This document shows, one piece after another, positions 1 to 8,359 of a stretch of DNA of 64,000 bases. Numbering within the stretch: the first letter of the stretch is position 1; every line of letters starts with the position of its first letter. The position numbers and the translations under genes were made by a program. Source of the DNA: Rhodospirillaceae bacterium. GTDB lineage: Bacteria > Pseudomonadota > Alphaproteobacteria > Rhodospirillales > Rhodospirillaceae. The notes under the pieces were generated by a model. That model was not told the origin of the DNA and searched no databases. It saw only the letters and a program-made list of their open reading frames with translations. The stretch covers positions 96,879-160,878 of the forward strand of contig JAYRJU010000009.1 in NCBI GenBank assembly GCA_041906145.1. Reading direction: 5' to 3'.

Positions 1-1274
1 ATCGCGACGGCGGCTACGGCCGCGAGAGGGCGCGTCTGGCCGGGATAGGTGCGGGCCGGGATGGTGATGGCGACATAGCTGGCCATGCCGGTGGTGAGGA
101 AGGCGATGGCGTCGCTGTCGAAGGGCAAAAGGCGAATGGGACGCCGCGCGGCGAAGTCGCGCAGGGGTGCGCTCGGGAGCGGTGCGGTGACAATGAGCGC
201 ATCGAAGGCGCCGGCTTCCAGTTGATCGAGGGCGGTCGCGGTCGGCACGGCGGCCAGCGGCGCGGCGAGGGCGGACAGGGGAACGCCGTGACCGCGCAAG
301 ACGGCTTCGGCTTCGACCGCATCGACACGCGCGGTGCCGGCAACCCCGACATGTTTGCCGAACAACTCAGCCGGAGAACCGATGGTGCTGCCCTCCTTCA
401 CGATCACATGCACGGGCTCCGGATAGAGTGCGGCGAGCGCTTCGAGTTTGTACGGCCCCGTATCGGCGTAGGGCGCAACGCCGTTGGCCGCGAGCGCGGC
501 TTCGGTGTTGCGCATGACGATGGCCGTGACACGTCCGTCGCGCAGAAAATCAAGCGCTTCCTGCGGGCCCTTCGTCGCAACGTTGGCGAAAACCATATTA
601 TTGCTATTGGCTGTGCGTTGAACGGCGTCGCCCAAATGCCAATAAACCGAGCCTTCGACGTCGGTGGCGATCGAGACGCCGCCGTCGTGGCGCGCGGCGC
701 GGCCGGCGACGGCGCGGCGCGCCAGCTTCCATTCGTCATATGAAATGGCGGTGCGCGAGGCGCGCCACGTTTTCTCAAGGTTTGCGATGCGGCGCTTGAA
801 GCCATTGCGAATGTCGGACACGAGGACGAAGCTCGGGGCCTCCTTTGGAGCGGCTTCGGGCGGTGTGGTGTCGAGCTTGAGTGTGTCGCCGTCCTTGAGA
901 TAGGCGAGGCCGCCGCGCACAGAGATCATGTCGCCGGCCGCGTTCCCATTTGGCTTCACGCCGCGGATCTGGTCGGGCGCCGCGTCCATGAGGAGGGCGA
1001 GGGTCGCGATATTGATCTGATCCCAGGCCCCAAACCGATGGTCGCGTTTTACACGCAATGCGGCGTCGTAACCGACGCGCACTTTTTCGCCGGGTCCTAA
1101 ATAGGGCAGCACGCGCGTGTGCTGCGCCGACACAACCTCAAGCAGGCCGGGTGCGAAGTTGGCTTCGATGAGGACTTGCAAATCGCTTCTGAGGATTTCA
1201 TCCGCGGGCGCGCGCGTGCACGCGGTAAGGGCAACCGTAAGGCTCGCGAAAAGAAAAACGCGTAGAGCTTTCAT
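1..1274 (-). CDS. TAXI-family TRAP-type solute-binding lipoprotein, partial (C-terminus runs off the left edge)
   Basis: Hand translation of the minus strand from ATG 1274..1272 stays open to position 3. It is absent from the ORF track because it has no stop in the window. The N-terminus MKALRVFLFASLTVALTAC has a lipobox. The C-terminal part (LYPEPVHVIVKEGSTI..LFGKHVGVAGT..FDALIVTAPLPS..ITIPARTYPGQ) matches my recollection of TAXI/NMT1-like receptors. Confidence 0.6.
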   Translation of the reverse strand, partial: MKALRVFLFASLTVALTACTRAPADEILRSDLQVLIEANFAPGLLEVVSAQHTRVLPYLGPGEKVRVGYDAALRVKRDHRFGAWDQINIATLALLMDAAPDQIRGVKPNGNAAGDMISVRGGLAYLKDGDTLKLDTTPPEAAPKEAPSFVLVSDIRNGFKRRIANLEKTWRASRTAISYDEWKLARRAVAGRAARHDGGVSIATDVEGSVYWHLGDAVQRTANSNNMVFANVATKGPQEALDFLRDGRVTAIVMRNTEAALAANGVAPYADTGPYKLEALAALYPEPVHVIVKEGSTIGSPAELFGKHVGVAGTARVDAVEAEAVLRGHGVPLSALAAPLAAVPTATALDQLEAGAFDALIVTAPLPSAPLRDFAARRPIRLLPFDSDAIAFLTTGMASYVAITIPARTYPGQTRPLAAVAAVA

Positions 1275-1296
1275 GCCCCCCCCCCGGCAACCTTAT

Positions 1297-1548
1297 CTAC
1301 TTTGCGCGCCGTTGACGGCGCCACCGGTTGAACGCCGTCGTCATCCGGTGAACGAGTTTCTTCACGATCGGAATGTCGATCGCGAGGACCGCAAGTCCGG
1401 CGGGAACCATCCAGAACCCGAGAATGGGCAGGAACCCGACAAGTCCGGAGAGGACAAGGAGGATTCCCGCCACGATCCGCACCGGCTTGGGTAGGCGCGT
1501 CACCTTCTCCCGGAAGGTTTTTATTTTCTGGCGGAACGTCATAGGCAC
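1297..1548 (-). CDS. small two-TM membrane protein, PGPGW-family-like
   Basis: 83-aa ORF with two hydrophobic helices and the segment GLVGFLPILGFWMVPAGLAVLA, which resembles the PGPGW motif region. The track start is GTG; an ATG alternative lies at 1542. Confidence 0.5.
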   Translation of the reverse strand: MPMTFRQKIKTFREKVTRLPKPVRIVAGILLVLSGLVGFLPILGFWMVPAGLAVLAIDIPIVKKLVHRMTTAFNRWRRQRRAK

Positions 1549-1661
1549 CCTAGCATATGGAGGGGCTTATATAACCTCGCAAGTAAGGCAAAAAAGTAGC
1601 GCCGTTGTGGCCCTGATGAGCAGAAGTACAAACCGCTTTTGCGGCCCATGGCGGCCAAGTC

Positions 1662-1700
1662 AAAAAAAGACCTGATCCGATCAATTGATCGGATCAGGTC
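1662..1700 (-). terminator. rho-independent terminator downstream of the EF-G paralogue
   Basis: Perfect 14-bp palindrome GACCTGATCCGATC-AATT-GATCGGATCAGGTC (1669..1700), followed on the minus strand by T7 (1668..1662). It lies 43 nt after the stop at 1743. Confidence 0.85.
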
Positions 1701-1742
1701 GGAGGCTTTTCATCACGCGCTACTAAATATTGATCGACGCGT

Positions 1743-3809
1743 TCAGTGGTGCGCCGCCGCCTCTATATTTTGTTTGCGCGACTGCACGACGCGCTCGGCG
1801 TCGCGGCCGATCAATTCCTGATAATGGCTGAATAGCGATTCAAAGGTACCGATGCCTTGCGTGATGGAGCGGATTTCGGTGATGAGATCCTGCATCGCCG
1901 CTTCGGGCATGTTGACGTGGATCTCCTCCCAACCGTCCCAGCCTTCGCGGGCGTTGAAGCCGAGGATCTGCGCCCGCCTTTGCGTGATGGCCCGCTGCAC
2001 ACGCGAGGTGAACTCAGTGGGCATGTAGATTTTTACATCGTAGATGGGTTCGAGCAGGACCGGCTCGCATTGGGGAAGCGCCTCTGTCATGGCCTGACGC
2101 CCCGCAGTGCGGAACGCCTGGTCCGAACTGTCGACGCTGTGATACTGGCCGTCGTAGAGACGCACGTTGATGTCGACGACGTTGAACCCGAGCGGGCCGT
2201 GCGCCGTGTTGTCTTTCAGGCCCGCTTCCACCGCCGGGATGAAGTTTTTCGGCACCACACCGCCGACAATCGAATCCGTGAAGACGAAACCAGAGCCGCG
2301 TGGCAGCGGTTTGATCTCCACGCGGATGTCCGCGAATTGGCCGTGTCCACCCGATTGGCGTTTGTGGCGCGCGTGGTGGGTAATGGCCTTGCGGATGGTC
2401 TCGCGGTAGGGCACTTGCGGCGTGTGGGTCTCTACCGTGAGATCGAACTTCCGCTTCAGCCTTTCGAGTGCGATTCCGAGTTGAATGTCGCCTTGTCCGC
2501 GCACCAGGAGCTCGGAGGTCTCGTTGACGTGATCGATGGAAAGCGAGGGATCTTCCTCGCTGATCTTGCGCAGGGCCTCGCCGAGTTTGACGTCGTCCTT
2601 GCGCTCCTTGGCCGAGATGGCGACGGTGAACAGCGGTGTGGGCGGTTTCGGCCACGTCTTCGGGGCAAGGGCCGCGCTTTCCGTCAGGATCGAGCCCGCC
2701 TTGCCGGCGTCGAACTTGCTCAGCGCGACGATGCCGCCCTCATTGATGTTCAGCAGTTTGCCGGATTTCGCCTGCTTTGGTTCGCCGGCCTCCTGCATGT
2801 TGCTGATGCGCACCCCCGCGAGGGTATCGCCGTCTTTCAGCGCGCCGCGCCAGAGACGTGTGAGGGACAGCTTGCCGACGTGCGGCGCGTAGACGGTCTT
2901 GAATATCTGCGCGACAGGCGCGCCCGCGGGAATCCCAAGGCGGTCGGCGGTGGCGCTGGCGGGCGGAACCTCGTGACGCAGCGCCTTCATCAGGCGCCGC
3001 ACGCCGTGGCCGTGTTCGGCGGCGCCAATCATCACCGGGACGATGAGGTCTTCCTGCATCTCGCGGGTGAGATGGCGATAGACTTCGCCGCGTTCCGGCA
3101 CGACATCCTCGAGAAGTTTCTCGAGCAGGGCATCGTCGAAGTCCGACAGCTTTTCGATGAGCTGCCGCCGCGCGCCGTCCAATGAACCGTCGCCGACCTT
3201 CTCGATGGGGATGCGCTCGGACGCCTTGTCCTCGATATAGTGATAGGCCCGTTCGGCCACGAGATCGACATAACCGGTGATGTGGCCGCTTTCCGTGATC
3301 ACGGCGTGGCGCAAGACGAGCGGCCGCGCGGACTGGCGCTGCGCCGCGGCGAGGAGTTCCTGGACCGCGTTCACGTCGGCGTCGATCTTATTGATGAACA
3401 GGAAGTGAGGGATCTTGTGGGCGTCGAGGAAGCGCAGAAGGGGGCCGAGCGCCAGCATGCGGGTTTCATCCGGATCGGCGACCACCACGACGGCGTCGGA
3501 CACCATCATCGCCTGTTGCGATTCCTGGATGAGATCGACCGCGCCGGGGCAGTCGAGCACCACCCAATCGTCGCCAAGGTAATTGAAGCGGATGGGCGTG
3601 ATCTCGGTGGACATATGCCGCGCGCGCGATTCCGGACTGACGTCGCTCACCATAGTGCCCGCTTCAATGCTTCCTCGTTTCGGAATGGCCCCGGCCGCGA
3701 CCAACATGCTTTCAATGAGCGTGGTCTTGCCGCTGGATTGCGGTCCTACCAGGGCCACGCATCGTGTGCCCTTGATGGTTCCAGTGCTTCTCGCGGTGTT
3801 GTCAGCCAT
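1743..3809 (-). CDS. elongation factor G-like translational GTPase (EF-G paralogue)
   Basis: G motifs GPQSSGKT, DCPG and NKID. The EF-G domain IV/V-like C-terminus includes GGHGQFADIRVEIKPLPRGSGFVF and VLLEPIYDVKIYMPTEF. I chose the start at the second in-frame ATG (3809), preceded by AAGGAGGAAGACGCC; the maximal ORF extends to 3857. Confidence 0.85.
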   Translation of the reverse strand: MADNTARSTGTIKGTRCVALVGPQSSGKTTLIESMLVAAGAIPKRGSIEAGTMVSDVSPESRARHMSTEITPIRFNYLGDDWVVLDCPGAVDLIQESQQAMMVSDAVVVVADPDETRMLALGPLLRFLDAHKIPHFLFINKIDADVNAVQELLAAAQRQSARPLVLRHAVITESGHITGYVDLVAERAYHYIEDKASERIPIEKVGDGSLDGARRQLIEKLSDFDDALLEKLLEDVVPERGEVYRHLTREMQEDLIVPVMIGAAEHGHGVRRLMKALRHEVPPASATADRLGIPAGAPVAQIFKTVYAPHVGKLSLTRLWRGALKDGDTLAGVRISNMQEAGEPKQAKSGKLLNINEGGIVALSKFDAGKAGSILTESAALAPKTWPKPPTPLFTVAISAKERKDDVKLGEALRKISEEDPSLSIDHVNETSELLVRGQGDIQLGIALERLKRKFDLTVETHTPQVPYRETIRKAITHHARHKRQSGGHGQFADIRVEIKPLPRGSGFVFTDSIVGGVVPKNFIPAVEAGLKDNTAHGPLGFNVVDINVRLYDGQYHSVDSSDQAFRTAGRQAMTEALPQCEPVLLEPIYDVKIYMPTEFTSRVQRAITQRRAQILGFNAREGWDGWEEIHVNMPEAAMQDLITEIRSITQGIGTFESLFSHYQELIGRDAERVVQSRKQNIEAAAHH

Positions 3810-3855
3810 GGCGTCTTCCTCCTTCGAGATGAGAGCGGGCATGAATAGGCGCGAC

Positions 3856-3881
3856 AAACAAAAAGGGACCCGTAGGGTCCC
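3856..3881 (-). terminator. intrinsic-terminator-like hairpin inside the 5' leader of the EF-G paralogue
   Basis: GGGACCC-tac-GGGTCCC (3881..3865 on the minus strand) is followed by TTTTTGTTTG. It lies only about 47 nt upstream of the ATG at 3809, and no minus-strand gene ends upstream of it. Confidence 0.5.
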
Positions 3882-4159
3882 TTGCTTATCCGCGCGCGTG
3901 CATATGTACGGCGATGTGGCGAGCGGTGCTCGTCTCCTTCCTGTTGCGTCGATTAGATAGTGATGCGTGCGTCATCTTCCCTGCGTAGCTCTTGAAAGGA
4001 AAGCTTAGCAAAGCTGATGCGGCGAGCTAAAGCGCGGAGATAGTAATGTTGCTCCGCACACAAACAGCGTGTAACAACGCCGCGCCCACGACGGCTGTGC
4101 AGAAGCCTTTGATTCCTGTACATTGTTGCGATGTTTACGACTAACGGTAGGTAGGGATC

Positions 4160-4579
4160 ATGACCCGTACGCGCACGATCCTGACGATTTTTGCACTTAT
4201 GGTTGGCTTTGCGGTCATCACGCCCGCACGCGCCCAAGTCATGCCCAGCCAGGGCATCGACCTGCCGTGGTTCACGTCCAAATCGGAAAAGGCGCAGCGC
4301 GACGCTTGCCGGCGTAATCTGCCGGAATGCCGCGCATCCGTGCGCGCGGAAATGGCGATCGAAGAATCCATCACGGTGATCGTACCGTGGGCGGGGCTCG
4401 GCATCGCGATCCTTGGTGTCCTGTTCTGGCTGCGTGCGCAGGAGAAAAAGCGCGAGCGGAAAAAGAAGCTCGCGCGCATGCATCACACGCCGGGTGCGTT
4501 CAAGAAATTGGACAAGGACAAGCAAGACCGCCGCGACCGTGACGGCGACGACGAGGAAGCCAACGGGGCGGCGTATTAG
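4160..4579 (+). CDS. hypothetical signal-peptide / single-TM protein with Lys/Arg/Asp-rich tail
   Basis: 139-aa ORF with good GC3 bias. It has a signal peptide (ILTIFALMVGFAVITPARA), a later TM helix (VPWAGLGIAILGVLFWL) and a charged tail. No family recognised. Confidence 0.6.
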   Translation: MTRTRTILTIFALMVGFAVITPARAQVMPSQGIDLPWFTSKSEKAQRDACRRNLPECRASVRAEMAIEESITVIVPWAGLGIAILGVLFWLRAQEKKRERKKKLARMHHTPGAFKKLDKDKQDRRDRDGDDEEANGAAY

Positions 4580-4605
4580 CGGCGGTCGTCAGCTCAGCCT
4601 CACAT

Positions 4606-4694
4606 GTCATCGCCCGCTTTATGCGGGCCATCCATCCGGCAACGAATATGGTGCCGGTCGATAAATGGATTGCCCGCATATAGCGGGTAATGAC
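4606..4694. repeat. composite palindromic (REP/BIME-like) intergenic element
   Basis: Two inverted copies of an approximately 29-nt unit: GTCATCGCCCGCTTTATGCGGGCCATCCA, and the reverse complement of TGGATTGCCCGCATATAGCGGGTAATGAC. Each contains its own GCCCGC/GCGGGC hairpin. They flank a third hairpin, CCGGCA..TGCCGG. The element lies between convergent genes. Confidence 0.6.
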
Positions 4695-4703
4695 AGTGAA
4701 TTT

Positions 4704-5408
4704 TTACGATACATGTTCATGCAAAAACGCCGCGCCGAAATTGGCGCCGGCGTTGTCGATGCCGTGCTGTAGGCCCGGAATGATCATGCTTTGCACCGGC
4801 ACGCCGAGCTCCTTGAGTACTTTTTCCGTTTCGACGGTGGCGCGCACCGGAATGACCGGGTCCTCGGCGCCATGCACAAGCGCGATCGGCGGCTTGGTCT
4901 TGATCTCGCCGGGAAGCTTGTCGGCCGCGCTCAATGCGCCCGAAAACCCGAGGATGGCGCCGATCTTCTGCGTACGGCGCAGGCCCACATGCAGGCTCAT
5001 GATCGTGCCTTGGGAAAAGCCGATCAGCGCAAGGCGCTCCGGCGCCAGGCTGTGCGCCGCGAGGATCTGATCCAGGAAAAGATCGAGACGCACGGCGGCT
5101 TTCACGACGCGTTCGTTCATGGCGCGGAAGGTCTCACCCATGCGCAGGGGATCGCGCTGGATGGCTTCGGGATCAAAGCCGGCGAGGCTGTACCACTGAC
5201 GTCCGCCCATCATGCCGCCTTCCCAAGGATCGGGCGCATTGGGCGAATAGAAGATTGCATCGGGCAAGGCGTGCGCGAAAAACGGGGCGAGGGAGATAAG
5301 GTCGTCGCCGTTGGAGCCGTAGCCATGCGCGAACACAACAGCCGACGTGGGGGCCTTGCCGGAAGCCGGCGCGCGCACAGGGCCTTGAAGTGCATCAACA
5401 TTCGCCAT
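4704..5408 (-). CDS. alpha/beta hydrolase, phospholipase/carboxylesterase family
   Basis: GFSQG nucleophile-elbow motif, VVFAHGYGSNGDD, and a late HG..D and H (GLQHGID), typical of PF02230-type esterases. The track start at 5411 is GTG; the ATG is at 5408. Confidence 0.75.
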   Translation of the reverse strand: MANVDALQGPVRAPASGKAPTSAVVFAHGYGSNGDDLISLAPFFAHALPDAIFYSPNAPDPWEGGMMGGRQWYSLAGFDPEAIQRDPLRMGETFRAMNERVVKAAVRLDLFLDQILAAHSLAPERLALIGFSQGTIMSLHVGLRRTQKIGAILGFSGALSAADKLPGEIKTKPPIALVHGAEDPVIPVRATVETEKVLKELGVPVQSMIIPGLQHGIDNAGANFGAAFLHEHVS

Positions 5409-5458
5409 CACGACCTCGTGCTATCCTCGCGCTGTAAAACAGTCTTATGCTGTAGCCG

Positions 5459-5875
5459 ATGTCCGAACATGACGCCATCCTGTTTGCCAATGCGGCGTTT
5501 TACGCCGCGTTCGCCACGCGCGACGTGACAGCGATGGAGACGGTGTGGGCGAAGGATGCGCCGATCAGCTGCATCCATCCCGGACGGCCGGCGCTCAGCG
5601 GCCGCGCCGCCGTGATGCGAAGCTGGAGCGCAATCCTCGGCAACCCGGAGGTGCTCACGATATCGAGCCACGGCGAGACCGTGCAGCTGCTGGGCGATGT
5701 CGCGCTGGTGACATGTATCGAGCAGATCCGGATTGGCGCGGGCGCGCAATTCCTGGCGGCGACCAACGTTTTCGTGCGCAGCGGTTCCGTTTGGCTGATG
5801 GTGCACCACCAGGCCGGCGGGGCGCAGATCGACCCGGCGACCCTGAAAACCGAGGAAAAAGGCCCCCCAAACTAA
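5459..5875 (+). CDS. NTF2-like / SnoaL-like (DUF4440-type) protein
   Basis: 138 aa. The pattern ANAAFYAAFATRDVTAMETVWAKD...CIHPG...W is typical of the NTF2-like fold family. Confidence 0.6.
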   Translation: MSEHDAILFANAAFYAAFATRDVTAMETVWAKDAPISCIHPGRPALSGRAAVMRSWSAILGNPEVLTISSHGETVQLLGDVALVTCIEQIRIGAGAQFLAATNVFVRSGSVWLMVHHQAGGAQIDPATLKTEEKGPPN

Positions 5876-5994
5876 GCCGCCAAATGAGCGCCGGGCCCAC
5901 CCTTGCCCGGTTGCGCCGCAGGGCGCACTTGTCTATAAACCGCGCAAATTTGGGTCTTTCTTTTACCACCTCATTCCGGAGCGAGACGTAAGTC

Positions 5995-6417
5995 ATGGCT
6001 AATCAACGCACCTTTTCGATCATTAAGCCCGACGCCACCCGCCGCAACCTGACCGGCGCCATCAACGCCATGCTGGAAAAGGGCGGTCTGCGCATCGTCG
6101 CGCAGAAGCGCCTACAACTCTCCCGCGCTCAGGCGGAAGCTTTCTACGGCGTCCACAAGGAGCGTCCGTTCTTCAACGACCTGTGCAACTTCATGATCTC
6201 CGGCCCGATCGTCGCTCAGGTCCTCGAAGGTGAGAACGCCGTGGCGCGCAACCGTGAGATCATGGGCGCGACCAACCCGGCGAACGCCGCTGAAGGCACG
6301 ATCCGCAAGGTCCACGCGGAATCGATCGAAGCCAATTCGGTCCACGGTTCTGACTCGCCGGAAAACGCGGCCATCGAAATCGCGTTCTTCTTCTCCGGCA
6401 TCGAAATCGTCGGCTAA
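5995..6417 (+). CDS. ndk: nucleoside diphosphate kinase
   Basis: [14 protein letters not shown]..., NSVHGSDS (active-site His) and a length of 140 aa. Confidence 0.97.
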   Translation: MANQRTFSIIKPDATRRNLTGAINAMLEKGGLRIVAQKRLQLSRAQAEAFYGVHKERPFFNDLCNFMISGPIVAQVLEGENAVARNREIMGATNPANAAEGTIRKVHAESIEANSVHGSDSPENAAIEIAFFFSGIEIVG

Positions 6418-6440
6418 CGAACGCAGCGCGGGCGGGCCTC

Positions 6441-7064
6441 ATGACCATGATGCCCGCCCGTCCGCGTATCGGTTTCCTCGCGTCCCACAACGGGACGAAC
6501 ATGCGCGTCATCGTCGCGGCGATGCGCGCCGGTGCTCTCAACGCCGACCCCGCCATTCTCATTTCCAATAATCGCGACAGCCCCGCTATCGTCTGGGCGG
6601 GCGAGAACAACGTGCCGTGGGCGCACCTCAGCGCCAAGGTCACCGGATCGGACGACGCGACAGACGCCGCGATTGCCGAAGCGCTGAAAAGCCACGGCGC
6701 GGATCTCATCGTCCTGGCGGGCTATATGCGCAAGCTGGGCCCGGCGACTTTGAAGGCCTATCAGCGGCGCATCCTCAACGTTCATCCCGCCTTGCTGCCG
6801 AAGTTCGGCGGCAAGGGCATGTACGGCGCTTTCGTGCATGAGGCCGTGCTGAAAGCCGGTGAGCGCGAGAGCGGCGCGACCATCCATGTCGTCGACGGCG
6901 AATACGACCATGGCCCGGTGGTGATGCAGGCCGCTGTGCCCGTGGAGCCGGGCGATACGGCGCAAACCCTGGCCGCGCGCGTGCAGGCGCGCGAGCAGAC
7001 GCTTTATCCGGAAGTCTTGCGGAAAATCATCTCGGGCGAGATCGATCTGGATCGGCTCGTATAA
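6441..7064 (+). CDS. purN: phosphoribosylglycinamide formyltransferase
   Basis: RIGFLASHNGTN, LIVLAGYMRKL, NVHPALLPKFGG and TIHVVDGEYDHGP motifs. Confidence 0.93.
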   Translation: MTMMPARPRIGFLASHNGTNMRVIVAAMRAGALNADPAILISNNRDSPAIVWAGENNVPWAHLSAKVTGSDDATDAAIAEALKSHGADLIVLAGYMRKLGPATLKAYQRRILNVHPALLPKFGGKGMYGAFVHEAVLKAGERESGATIHVVDGEYDHGPVVMQAAVPVEPGDTAQTLAARVQAREQTLYPEVLRKIISGEIDLDRLV

Positions 7065-7066
7065 TG

Positions 7067-7211
7067 CCCTGTCGTCCTTGGCTGCGCGCGGCAGCGCCTC
7101 ATTTAGAGGGCGGGCCTACGCCCGCCGTGCGCCGAGGACCCAGGGGTTTTTCGTATTTGGTTTAAAAACAAAACACCCTGGATCCTCGCGGCTTCGCCGC
7201 AAGGATGACGG
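7067..7211. repeat. REP-like nested imperfect palindrome / probable bidirectional terminator between purN and purM
   Basis: Short hairpin GGCGGGC-CTAC-GCCCGCC (7109..7126). Long imperfect stem CCGAGGACCCAGGGGTTTT (7132..) pairs with AAAACACCCTGGATCCTCGCGG (..7190). Outer arms GTCGTCCTTGG (7070..) pair with CAAGGATGAC (..7208). Confidence 0.55.
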
Positions 7212-7222
7212 AGCGTTGTGGG

Positions 7223-8284
7223 CTAATCCAGCCAGCGATCCAGGTTCAGCATCTTCACGCGCGGCTCGGCGTCACGGCTGACGACGATGCCGATACGCAT
7301 GACGGTTTCGCCGTGGCTGGTGAGAAGCTTCGTAGCTTCTTCAGCTTTCTCGGGCGAAACGACGACGACCATGCCGACGCCGCAGTTGAATGTGCGGGCG
7401 AGTTCGGCGCTTTCAATGCCGCCCTGTTTGGCGATCCACTTCATCATCGGCGGCAGCGAGATGGCGCCCGCGTCGATGTCGGCGCCGACACCGTCCGGCA
7501 GAACGCGCGGCACGTTATCGACGAAACCGCCACCGGTGATGTGGGCGAGGGCCTTGATGTGTCCGGCGCGGATGGCGGCGAGGCAGCTCTTCACATAAAT
7601 GCGGGTCGGCGTGAGCAGGGAATCCGCCAGCGTGCCGATGCGCGCGAACGGGGCTGGGCTGTCGTAGCCGAGGCCGCTTTTCTCAACGACGCGGCGCACT
7701 AGTGAATATCCATTCGAGTGGAAGCCCGACGAGGCAAGACCAAGAATGATGTCGCCTGGATTGACGGTCGCGCCCGTGAGGGCCTGTTCGCGTTCGACGG
7801 CGCCAATGGCGAAGCCGGCGAGGTCGTAATGGCCCGGAGCATACATGCCGGGCATTTCGGCGGTTTCTCCACCCACGAGCGCGCAACCGGCGATCTTGCA
7901 GCCTTCAGCGATGCCCGCGATGACTTCGCGCGCGGAGGCGACGTCGAGCTTGCCGGTGGCGAAGTAGTCGAGGAACAGGAGCGGTTCGGCGCCCTGCACG
8001 ACGAGGTCGTTCACGGACATGGCGACGAGATCAATTCCAATGGTGCGGTGCTTGCCCGCGGCCTGGGCGACTAGGAGTTTGGTGCCGACGCCGTCTGTGG
8101 TGGCGACGAGTACCGGATCCTTGAAACCGGCGGCCTTGAGATCGAAGAACGCGCCGAAGCCGCCGAGAGAGGCATCGGAGCCCAAGCGCGACGTAGCCTT
8201 GGCCAACGGCTTGATGGCTTCCACGAGAGCGTTACCGGCGTCGATATCGACCCCGGCGTCTTTGTAGGTTAAACCGTTCTTCAT
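7223..8284 (-). CDS. purM: phosphoribosylformylglycinamidine cyclo-ligase (AIR synthetase)
   Basis: [21 protein letters not shown] and GGETAEMPG motifs; 353 aa. Confidence 0.96.
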   Translation of the reverse strand: MKNGLTYKDAGVDIDAGNALVEAIKPLAKATSRLGSDASLGGFGAFFDLKAAGFKDPVLVATTDGVGTKLLVAQAAGKHRTIGIDLVAMSVNDLVVQGAEPLLFLDYFATGKLDVASAREVIAGIAEGCKIAGCALVGGETAEMPGMYAPGHYDLAGFAIGAVEREQALTGATVNPGDIILGLASSGFHSNGYSLVRRVVEKSGLGYDSPAPFARIGTLADSLLTPTRIYVKSCLAAIRAGHIKALAHITGGGFVDNVPRVLPDGVGADIDAGAISLPPMMKWIAKQGGIESAELARTFNCGVGMVVVVSPEKAEEATKLLTSHGETVMRIGIVVSRDAEPRVKMLNLDRWLD

Positions 8285-8359
8285 GAATGCTAAATTCGAC
8301 CCTAAGGACGCCCGCGCGCGTTCCCGCTGCGGGCGAATTATCTTTATTTGAAACAGGTT

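Noticed and set aside
1857-3185. A 442-aa plus-strand ORF. Analogous long ORFs occur at 11391..12521 (-), 16669..17730 (-), 21351..22613 (-), 35785..36579 (+), 42543..43274 (-), 44342..45124 (+) and 50583..51371 (-).
   Set aside because: Each lies antisense to a confidently identified gene (EF-G-like, ppk, aspS, HDAC-like, radical SAM, ELM1/hyi, EAL-like, patatin). Each has the typical shadow-ORF amino-acid bias.
3953-4525. A 190-aa minus-strand ORF in the EF-G leader / 4160-gene region.
   Set aside because: It mostly lies antisense to the better-supported 4160..4579 gene (signal peptide, TM helix, good GC3). It has no motifs or RBS.
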